DNA of 20,000 bases, taken from NCBI GenBank assembly GCA_000934665.2, contig JYFJ02001779.1:49763-69762 (forward strand), written 5' to 3'. This DNA comes from Catajapyx aquilonaris (lineage: Eukaryota). The notes under the pieces are model-generated. The model did not search any database. It saw only the letters and a list, made by a program, of their open reading frames with translations, and had not been told where the DNA came from. The translations under genes and the position numbers were made by a program. Positions 9,111 to 20,000 of the stretch are shown here, piece after piece (the first letter of the stretch is position 1; each line of letters starts with the position of its first letter).

Positions 9111-12100
9111 GTAGACGGAGAGGTTTTACAAAGAAAGTAGAGATATTTTTCGGATTGGAATTGCCCATAATAGCTGCGAAATCTGAGGGGGTTTGTATGG
9201 AATAATATTCAGATATTTCTGATAGTCTTTTTTGGGGGGAATTGCTTTTCCGTGCTGTGCGCCGATTGCGTTATATCAAGCTATGCAGGTGGATTCATGT
9301 ATTCCGAATCAGTTTTCAAATCAGCAATGTACGCTTCACCAAACTTATGTGTATTGGAAGGAATTGGTTTCTTTGTGATGGGGGGTGGTGGAAAAAGTCC
9401 TATTTTTTCAGGCTTTGAGAAAAATGTGTGGCTTATTTCGGTACTGATGGTGATCTAGGCACAGTCATAGACGAAAAATAAAGGGTGAGGCAAAATTAAC
9501 TCCCATTTTAGAACGAGCTGTAAATTTTCACTTTGGCATTTATTCATTACACGTGGAAGTAAAATAGTGCGAAATTCATTATGCATAGATACACGCCACA
9601 ACAATGTGAAAAAATGGTGGCATTTTATGGCAATAAATACGTACGAGATTGAAAATGTTAGTGAAAATACGAAAATGAGTGACAAGGCACATTATTTTTC
9701 ATCCTAGGGGTCATGTCAATAAACAAAATGTTCGATTCTGGGGAAGGGAAAACCACACATAATTCATTACCCTATACACTTCATTAGTCTACAAATATTA
9801 CAGTGTAGTGTGCTATTCATGCCCAAAAAATATTTTTGAAACAATAATAGACAAACAACGATTTTTTACTGGTAAAAAGTATCGACAGAAACGATCCGGG
9901 ATGTTTCAATTCCGGAAATTAAATAATAGGGTCTACTCAATATGTGGTTTCAACAAGGCGACGCAACACCGCATGAAGCCCGGATTTTGAAAGGCCTTTG
10001 TCTAGGTAAATTAATTTCTCATTTTGCTAATAAATTGTCATTGGCCTACACGATTACCTGATTTAACAGCGTCGGATTTTTGGGCAGATAATTTAACAGA
10101 GAACGTGTGCATGAATAAGCCACAAACACTTGACCATGAAGAACAGTAATCGATAAGAAACGTTCAGAAAAGTGATAAAAAGAGTCGCTGAATGCGGGCA
10201 TCTGGTCAAATTAATTTTTGGAAAGTGGCAAGCAAAAAAATTTAAACACTAAATATAGGAATATAGGAAAATAGAGGTATTTTGGAAAAAATATATAGGC
10301 CTACCGTATGTCATTTATTTCAACATTAAACAAAATGATGGAGTTATTTTTACCCCACTCTACAACATAATTATGGCGAGTTGTGAGTCTAATCTAAGCG
10401 GTGTAATCTTGGGTGTAATATCTGCTCTAATTGCATAGTGCAGTAAATTGCTTGGTAAAATGCATCAGTACAAAGTTTAGGCACACGTTTTATGTGGAAT
10501 GAAACAGGAGCTCCTTGCAACTACAAAAGTTGTTGAAAAGCACCTGTTTGAGCGAATCCCCGAATGGACGATCAAGGCCCGACTTTTCTCATTTTTCTCA
10601 TATCCCTCCTGCCTCTCAGCACCAGAATAGTCGGCAGAACAAACGTAGTTACCAAAATGTATCGAACTATTCTAGGTCAGAAACAAATGGTTATTTACGT
10701 CACACGGCCATAAAGCCATGCGCACTGTACAGTACAGGATACTAAAAAATGAATTGTTTGCTCCAGTAACCAACTTAAAAAGGAGCAATAAGAAGTGATT
10801 GTTGCTCTTTGAACTAGTGGTTTGGTTCAAAATACAGTATATTTGTAACTCACTCTTTCTTGACGTTTGAGATGGGACAAGCCTGATAACCGAATCTAGA
10901 CTTCTTGTTGGCCCAAAAGTGACATGATGAAAGGAAGTGTCAGGCCCGACCCTTTTTTGGGCAAGGACTCGGGACCCCGTGAGGTGAAAGCGAAAATAAT
11001 GTCAGTAGGTTGGTTTATCGAATGTTGGAGCGGCCTTGAGCGGGGGCATCTGACGATCGGTTGCTAAGCATGATGGAAAAGGGTGTCATTTGTAATGATG
11101 GCTCCTGGGTTCTCAAGTGGCTCAAGTCAGGTGGTAATCAGGTCGAGCCGGCCTTTCCGGGTAATCTGCCTAAATAATCTAGGTACACTACCGCACCTCC
11201 TAGAGTCAACACGGATCAAAAATTAACGCGGTATTGTTTTTTGATGGAATCATAATATGCGGTTGGTTGAGTGGATGCATTTTGCTGGCATGATTTTGAA
11301 CGGTGCATATAGCCTTGTTTTTTCATGTCCATTTCAGTGTGGTTAAATAGCATCTAGTTTAATTGGCGGATTTAGTCAGCAGACACTGGCTTAGTCCATG
11401 CACATGCCAATCACTCACCTCATCCAATCCAGTGACATGGTGTGGACATTCTACTCGAGCGTAGTATTAACAGTATAAGTACCACCAAGCCTTCAGGGCT
11501 CTCAATTTGCAGCTGCCTTTCGGCATATTTCGGTAGTCCCGGCAAATAAGAGTATTCAAAGTTCATTTATTGCAACCGGATGCTATTGTTGTGTGCGCTT
11601 TGACCCGAAATGGAATACCTCTAACTGTCCACAAGGTATAGGTTTACACAGAAACCGCGCCATTAATTGGAAAACGCCCGCCTTTTGCGTCCCAAAAGAG
11701 GGCAATGCGCAGCGGTTTCTTTCCACCGGTGGCAGCGGTAGGGTGTAATTAATTAAATGACAGGCGATACTCCACTGGAACATTGTGAAACAGCTCCACT
11801 AGATCGTGAACTGCGGGACAAAAAATTACGAGCAAACACATGTGTCAACTGGCTCTTTAAGATGAATGGTATCCCAAAAAAAAATTGATTGAAAGTTACT
11901 AATTTTATAATTGTTTGAAATTTAAATTAACTATTACAGGTTAGCTTTTATAATATTACTAGATATATTTTTCTAGCGGCTCAATTTTAATTTTAATTAT
12001 TTTCTTATTAACATCATGTTTTTACTACCCTTCATCTTGTTCGTGTTGACGGTTGCAGGATACGTTTTTCCGAACATTTTTTTGTCGTGTAGTACGCATT

Positions 12101-15100
12101 TCAATGAGCTTTAATTAATATTATGCCTCATAGTCCTCACTCGTAATTTGAGCATCAGAGCGTACATATAGCTATTAGGCCTGCAAATGGACAGAAGCAA
12201 GACCTCTTTGAACCTCGTCGCTTAATATGGATTATAATTTGCGGCATGTCATAGTCACGATTGATTTGCCTTCCTAATTAACACACTGGTCTAATAAGCC
12301 ATGCATGTTCGCCCGATTTTTAAAAAAATTTAGCCGTTAGCGCTTCTGTAAATAATCAATACCTTTGTGCTTTAGAAACTTAGCGGTGCAGCATAGGGTA
12401 TGGCACGGACACGTGCCGGAATTTATTGTTGCTTCGGCTACTTAAGAGGATGATGGTTAAAAATGAACGTGGATGGCGCTTCGGCCTCTCTGCATACCAA
12501 TCATCAGCCTCAGGGCTTAGGTTAGGCGTTAGGGCTTATACCCAACAGAACACAAGAGCTAGAAATGTTGCAAGGGGACGAAGAAGGTTGCCCGATTGCT
12601 TAAATTGCATCTGAATACTGCCTGAAGATAATGCGACGATTTGCTTATGCAAATGGGTACCTTGCTCTGCCATCTATAAATTCTAGAAAATTCTGCTCTG
12701 GAGCTGAAGTGATTCCCGCTTCTATAATGCGTTTCTGTAGTTGCTTTTGGCACCTTGCGTCCCAGTTCCTATATAGGATCGGGTGTATATACTATCTTGT
12801 AACATTACCATGGAATTGTCCGGTTGAGTTCTCGTGGGAAGGTGATGTCCACTCGCGGCCTCGTGTCGTCCTTTGAGGTCGACATTGCATGTGGAGGAAA
12901 AACTACACCTCCTTAGCAATTCGGATGCAACATCCGATATACAGGAAAGGAGAGTAATTGACCTTTTTGGAAGGTGAGGGTCACTCTTGTATGATAATCG
13001 AGCCGTGTTGTTGCAAGCACTGGTCCGATCCTATTGGTCGGACCGATTTCCGCTAACATAAGTTTGGTGTCCCCCGACCCCTACTTATAAGGCAGCAGTC
13101 GGTATGTTCACTTTGAACCTTCGAATAATGAGAGTTTATAAAAGAAGCGGAGATAAGAGGGGAAGAAATCCCTTGGAGACATGGTTAGATATCAAATACG
13201 CAAAATAGATGAGGTCATTGTCCTAAAAAAGTGGGGCTATAGTGGGACACGTGATAGTCTCCAGCCTCATTAGGTCTCTAGTCATTGCTTGCACAAAAAG
13301 GGGAGCTATAGTGTAGGAGCAAAACAACTTGACAAGTTGGTGTCGTCATTGCGACAGCTAAAGTCAATGCGATTGCACGACGCAGGTGCTGCGTTCTATT
13401 CACCTGCGAGGAGAAAAAAAGGACAGATGACAGATAGGACAGAAGGGATGGTTTCAAAAGGATGGATCTGATGTATATTTAGGGCCGTGTACCAACTCGA
13501 GATGGGGTTTATTTTCCTAAACGTATGTGTACATTTCAGGCGTCTGGATTGCGATCAAATATGATTCGCTGACTCAAGCAATAACGTGTCTGACGTATTG
13601 GACACGATGTCAGTTTTTTTAGTAATGGATGGCATGGAAACAAGTTGTGAAAGCGTCATCTGATTGAGTGCAAAAATACATGTTGGAGATACCAATCTTT
13701 TGTGTAGGTACGGTTATAACAGTGTTTCTGCGACCTTCAAAGTTTCACCTAGTTTTGCGACGCGTTGCTAATATTAGTAAGCCATCAGGCTGATTATCCG
13801 ATTGCTGATATATAGGTTAGGAAATGCTTCCAAGGGATGTTCTAACAAGGTTACCTTTGACTCGGGCCAAGCAGGTGATAGCCGGATGGATAACGCGAGG
13901 ATAAAAATATCGATCGTTCTTTTGTACTCGACGTATTTTAGCAAGTTTCACTTCGCAAGAAACCGATATTGGTTCTAAATATATCATGCAACTATTGTAA
14001 TTTATGGGGGGGCTACGTGTCGAAGTCGGCAAATGATAAAAGGTGGGTCTGCGTAATCAGTGTGACTCAGTAGTAAATGCGGTATTTTTACTTTGGTCAA
14101 TACCTATAAGTCGGCTGCCCTCCTTCTAAACACAAGAGTGTTTCTGAAGCCATGTAATCTGATCGCGGAAGAAACAATGAAATTGTTAGAACCCATTACG
14201 TTGTTAGTAAAGTGCTCTGAAGTGGGTGCAGTTTAAGCAATTCTACAAAATGTTTACATTGCTATTGATACAATTATACGAATTCATTGTTCTCTGCAAC
14301 AATAGTCCTGTCTTGTAAAATGACTGCAAGACTGTGGCGAACTTACTACAAGGTAGATATCATTAGCCCACACGAATGAGGTCTCGAGGGAATGTTATTA
14401 TGAAATGAGAGACACGGAGTAATTATAACATTCATGCATAAGAGCCAGATCTTGACAATGATTACACAATGCGGCATTGCCAGAAAATCATTACGCTTGC
14501 CCCACACACTATTTATGAATAAGAACAAGTGTCCCTGAATTCGTGCGTTTTTTTGTGAACTGTCGTCTCTTTGAATGCGACGTGCAGTCCTGCAATTTGG
14601 GCGACCTCATTTGCTGAAAGGTACCACGAATTTTTAATCATCCCCATAATGTACGCGCTTAGGTGTGGTCCTATAATATTTTCACGGCCAAGCTCTCACT
14701 CGAGGGTAAAAAAATAACATTCCTGCAGGATATGAATCCACTGGCGCCATAACTGCGGCATTGCTGCAAAAAAGTAACCGGATTTAAAGCTCAGTCCTAT
14801 AACAAGCAGAGGGCTTGCTTTACAATTAAAACACTCGTCAATTTGTAATCTTAATGATACCAAAGCGGATTGTAGAGCGTTTTTAATAATGGCCGCTCGT
14901 TACTGTGTAAGGTAACGAGACGAATTTTGCTGAAAAGAGCAGAAGGAGACGGACGGAAAGAAATTGGTCGAAATTAATGTTTGTGTCCTATTGTGTACTG
15001 AAATGCTTATTTCTCTATAGTGACTGATGGAAATGTTTTTCTTATCCTGTAGCTATGAATAAAACATTAAGAAACCTTGAAGTAGCCTACGTATCTTATC

Positions 15101-16417
15101 GGCGCCATTTTTTGCTCGGCAGTTCTGTCTCCTAGAACGACTTAGAAGGAAATTAATCAAGAAATCTTGACGAAGCTCGTTATATTTCAAGCTTGAAAAT
15201 TGCGGCGAACTTTTCCCAGAGCCGCACAAAACTTGTCTTCTGGATGGGGTTTCTTGGTTTCCTTTGCCCCCTAGGCGATGTAGGAAGCAAAAAGGTGCTC
15301 TCTGAAAAATCACACGTCCATTGTTTTCACTTCCAACACTGCAGGCTCTTGTTCCGAAAAAAGCCAAGCTCGAAAATTGCTTGAAGCAGCGTATCGGGCA
15401 AAACGGAATTGAAGCAAAGGAGGAGAATCAACACGTGGAAGGAAGTGCTCTTCAACACAGCGAGATCAATATAATTCCTGAAAATTGCAGACGCTCTGGA
15501 ACCACGTGGACAAAAAATAAAAGGGGCCAACGGCGGTTTCATTCGGGTCAAAGTGCATAGACCTACACTTAGATGGAGCGTGCCAAAAAATGAAATGACG
15601 TCGTTTGCGGTCCTGGTATAGGTTACATGGCCAGAATTTTTGTTCCTTTAGGGTTGGGGCTTCCATGCTAATCAGAGCGTGTCAAGAAGAGGAAATAAGG
15701 AGTTGAAGGGTTAATATATTTAAATGGGTCAGACTCAAGAGAGAAGAATTGTACGCACTTCTTCCAGGACTAACCAATGCAGAGATGGAAATGGAAGATT
15801 TCAAGGGTTATATAGCCTGGTTTTTCTTCTACCCAACACAGGGGCGGAGATGTTAGCTTAAATGATGGGTCCTTTTTCTGGGATTCTGATGGAAGGCGGG
15901 AGAGTTGAGGGACTACTTTGAGAATAAAAATGTATGTCACGGTTGAGTGCTAGAGTAAAAATAGGGCTGGGGCAAGCTCTTTTCTGGGCCATTTGTCTTT
16001 ACTGTGATGATCTTAAGAGGGTCCTAATTTCATCTGGTTAATGATTTTAGTGTTAATAATAATTAGGAGAGCTGTTGCTTGTTTCAAAGGCAAGGCAAAT
16101 GTCTCATTAAGAGACTCTCTATAGGATATTCTACAAAAAAAATCCTGGCAAGATGCCAAAAATCACGGTACTTTGATTAATGAGTGGAAGTTGTCTCATT
16201 TACTGATCACGATATTTTCAGTAAACTATAATTAAGCTGATTGAATGGTTCTATTAGGAGAGCAAATGTTGCCTGCTTAAGCTGCCTTTACTGAAAAGGG
16301 GGGGAAAAATGAACTATCTACTTCCTCACTGGTTGGTCCCTCGACATTTCCCCCCGCTACATTTTAGACGTAGTTTGGGCTAAGAAATATGATGCCGGCG
16401 TGATGACCTATTAGTAA

Positions 16418-16430
16418 GAAACACCCTGTA
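16418..16430. mobile_element. Possible solitary terminal-inverted-repeat end of a Tc1/mariner-type MITE (GAAACACCCTG followed by TA)
   Basis: The reverse complement is TA|CAGGGTGTTTC, a terminus type I recall from insect TA-target DNA transposons. I found no partner TIR upstream and no transposase. Confidence 0.2.
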
Positions 16431-17949
16431 TTTAATCAAACATAATAGCTGAGTTCAAAAACAAAATTAATTACCAGTTACTACAAGAATTAAAATTAAA
16501 GTTTCTTCATGCTAGAAACTATATACTATTGCGGCCTTTTGAAATTCAAAAAATTCACGATTACCCCGTACATGCAACTCAGCTGACTGCATTCGAATAT
16601 TTCAGTTCTAGCATTCACTTTTCTCATTCACATTGTTTCATACGTTTTCAAGAATATTCTCGTCTCTCTGTGTTTCAAAAATCTATACAGCGTGGGCTCC
16701 CCCTTCAAAATACTCCGTTTTTGGGCCTTTGTTCATAATGGGTTGTCAAGAGTTTTTTGCTCTGAAGGAAAATTTTGTTGGCGGCAAAATATTTTCGCTG
16801 TCAGGCGACCTATCCCAATGTGCTGAGCGAAGTCGACAGACGCACTTTGTTCTCGACTACGCCACAGTGCACGTGAATGATAGACGATATATGCTTTAGA
16901 GGCGTGTGGTCTGAAAAAAAGAACTCTTTACAGATAAGTTAGTATGTGTATGTTGAATGTTGTTGAATATTTTTATCGGCAGTGAAAATTACAAGTGTAG
17001 ACTACCATTTAAACATCAGTAGTATGACCTTACCACACTTACTGCAACATACACAATAATTTCAAGCATTTCGGCTCTCCAGGAAGGGTTTTTAACGAGG
17101 GGGAAAATTGACAAGATGATTGCGCAATTAATTTTTCAGGAACCCTGCGCAGTTGACTATTGCAATATTTTGATTATTTTTAATAGCAAAGAATTTTAAA
17201 TGCCTGTAGGTAAAAAGTTACAGATACTGTTTTTACCCAGGGTGTAAATTTTCGGATTCACGTGGATGCTTCTAATCCAAACCTGCTGGAAGCATTTTGT
17301 CATCTGGATAAGCCCGCGCGAGAAGTCATTAATTATAGTAGGTCATTGCACTTTGTGAGTGTGAATAACTAGACTGTTCCTCACATTTTGACAGAATGCA
17401 TATGATTGTATGGTCGGTGTAAGATTCGCCTTTAAAATCTGGATCATCTGTAATTACCTTTAATAACAATTAATAGTGACTTTTCACAATAAAAGAAGCA
17501 GCTAATTGACAAAAAATGACCATAGTTTAGTTGGAACACACTGTGCCGGTTCTTTGATGACCTGCTCTTTACCTCCTCTTTACTTGCTCGACTTCGGAGT
17601 GTGAGATGCTGATGAGAACGACAGGGCTGCAAAAATGTGCATGATTAAACGCAGTAATAACATAGCCTATGTGGACAGGTATGGATGGAATTGCTGTGTA
17701 GGCCTAATGCTAGCAACCACAGCAAGTGTGATTTATTATAATTGATAATTATACAGTTCTGACCGTATTTGGAAGACATCGTCGAAGCCTATCCCTGACA
17801 TCTGCCGGCCAATATTAAAGTTTGCGGTGGACATCTGGCGGCTGCAACTTAAGCTAGGTCTATGTTTAAAAATGATTGACTGCTCGTAAGCTTTATTATC
17901 ATTGCCTTTTGCGCACATGCTGATATTACACCATGTTAGATATCCAGTG

Positions 17950-17965
17950 AGTGTAGGCCTACACT
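17950..17965. repeat. Perfect 16-bp palindrome AGTGTAGGCCTACACT
   Basis: Read directly from the sequence. It is centred on the recurrent TAGGCCTA motif. Confidence 0.8.
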
Positions 17966-20000
17966 TAACCTCCAGGTGACCAGTAACTCACATGGTAAAA
18001 GCTCTCAGTCTTATATAGCTGGTAATAACAGCCTGTGTTTTTGTTTTCCTTAAATAATTGGCGGAAATACTCATAAATGATAGTCTACACGAATGCAGTG
18101 TAGGCACATCAGCTTGCATTTTATTACATAAGTCTGTAAAAATACTTATCCGAATGAATGGCATGCACGCGCCCTCTCTGCTGGACCGTAATCATTCACC
18201 TCTCAGTTAGTCAGAGTGTGGAAGGCTAGATGGCAACAAGAGTCTTCCACTGGGCAAGGCGCGTGGCTTGTTCTCATCTATTGACGAAAAGTAGTGTAGC
18301 CGTACCGGTACCGGTGTAAAACCAACAACCTAGAAAGCCACAAACCCTGAATTTTAATCAAACCTATAGGAAAACTTGTTGAAAACCTTGGCTTGATTTA
18401 GGATACACAGCAACAAGAGGACAAATGTTACAAGGCTTGCAATTTGTGCAAATGTCATGTAGGCCACTAATTACCCACTGTACATATTGTAACGTGAAGT
18501 TTAAAAGGCACACGTGTAACATGCATAAAATATTTCCATATCATTTGCCGCCATAAAAAGGGTGGATTGTTATGAAACAAGAGTGGGGCTTTGAAATTTT
18601 TAGGTAAATGTCAGAGTTCACCGCTAATTAAATTTCAAAAAGTACATTTCAGTGAGGTAATGAAATCTTCTCGGCCATTATGAGTAGTCAAAATTTAACA
18701 ATTTCACTTCCCAACCGGGAGCTGAAAGTATGTCAAGGATGAAATATCTTGCACTACGAGGACCCATTTTAGCCATCCGTTATAACAGTTCGAGCATTTT
18801 TTTTACCTTATTTTCCTTGCAGTCCCACACATGAAAATTAAATAACTTCAATAAATCAGGTAAAATACTTCGCACAAAATAAATGTTCCTTTACGCAAGC
18901 GCTACAAGCGTATAATGCCTGAAAACACCTAACTTGTTTGTGTGTGTGTAATAGTCATTTTCAGTTTCACTCACGAACACTATGAAATAAAATACACTTG
19001 TGTAGGTCTATAAGTACCCTATAGTATTTCTATCATGTCACATTTAGCTTTAGATAAAGTTAAAAATAAATTTGACTGAAATTTAGCAGATTGCACATTT
19101 TATTCGTGTATGTGCAAATTGCTCAAAATTTATTTACCCTGAAAACGCTTAGGAATTGCATTTTTAAGTAAATATTGAAAACACCATGGTGCATAATTAT
19201 TATTTACTTACCTAATTATTATTTCTCCAGTATGTCACTTCTTGATTTTTAATGGATGGCATTCTATTTTAGGTACAGTATATTCTGGCTTTGTCTATTG
19301 TTGCTATACACACAAATACTAATACAATATTCGACTTTAATTATTGCAGAAAGTACTATTAGAAACCTGTAACTGGCAGCTAAAAATGTCTTATAACGAT
19401 TTACGCGATAAAATTCTTTTTAAATTTTTGAATTCAGCGCCCACATATGCACCCAGACATCTCATAAGTAATCAAAGCAATTATTCGCAATATATCTGCG
19501 TAATTATTAGACTCCGCCACATTTAAGGCTTAATTCACTTGGTGTAATGTCAGTCCCACCTATCTAAGCAAACGCGTCCTCAATTCTGACCTCCTTCCTC
19601 TGTTGAATTTGAACACTTTGCGCTCTGAATTGCTAACGGGGCACGTTTTAATGGTGCAAGTGAAAAGAAGCTAAAATGCGAATGACTTGACACAAAGGCT
19701 TCATTCGTGAAGGTTGCTTAGGCAAAAGGCCTGGCATTAACTTCAGGGTCGCTTGTTCTACTTTAATCTGCTCGCAGCCATTTCCGTATGCGGTTTCATT
19801 ACGGCAGACATGAGAATACTATTGCTAATAAGGGCGCAAGAAATGCTTCGCCATGCCTGGCTGTGGAAGAAGGTTAAAATACACACTCTCAGGGGCTTGG
19901 AAAAAAGGTACGAAGCACGTCAAGTGTGTTGATTGTTATTGTGGGTCGCCAGGAACTTTCTTTTGCACAATATATTGCATTGTTCTGTTACAGTGATGAC

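Noticed and set aside
15053..15666. Purine-rich stretch with a plus-strand acceptor-like CTGCAG and a 79-aa ORF
   Set aside because: There is no recognisable protein and no partner exons, so it cannot be supported without expression data.
6999..18315. Isolated 10-12 bp palindromes (AAACCCGGGTTT 6999-7010, CCACCGGTGG 11723-11732, ACCGGTACCGGT 18304-18315) and many TAATTA homeodomain-like sites
   Set aside because: Several such palindromes and AT-rich hexamers are expected by chance in 20 kb of AT-rich DNA.
1..20000. Prokaryote-style systems (CRISPR array, operon, defence island), rRNA or tRNA genes
   Set aside because: There are no regularly spaced repeats, no dense gene packing and no RNA gene signatures. 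The window is intron-containing animal DNA.

Overview
Eukaryotic, AT-rich, mostly non-coding DNA, probably from an arthropod (inferred from the receptor). The only coding feature I can support is a minus-strand exon (ATG at 8776, GT splice donor after 8240). It encodes the N-terminus and TM1-TM4 of a rhodopsin-class neuropeptide GPCR of the GnRH/AKH/ACP/corazonin receptor family, and its motifs fit a corazonin receptor (CrzR) best. I found no TM5-TM7 exon in 1..8239, so that stretch appears to be part of an intron longer than 8 kb. Bases ~9100-20000 are upstream DNA or a 5'UTR intron. The other ORFs in the track look like chance ORFs or antisense shadows. I see no evidence of a new multi-gene system. 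The best secondary observations are a strong-Kozak uORF ending 11 nt before the receptor start, a 15-nt micro-duplication of an N-glycosylation sequon, an intron position shared with vertebrate GnRH receptors, and over-representation of the palindrome TAGGCCTA.
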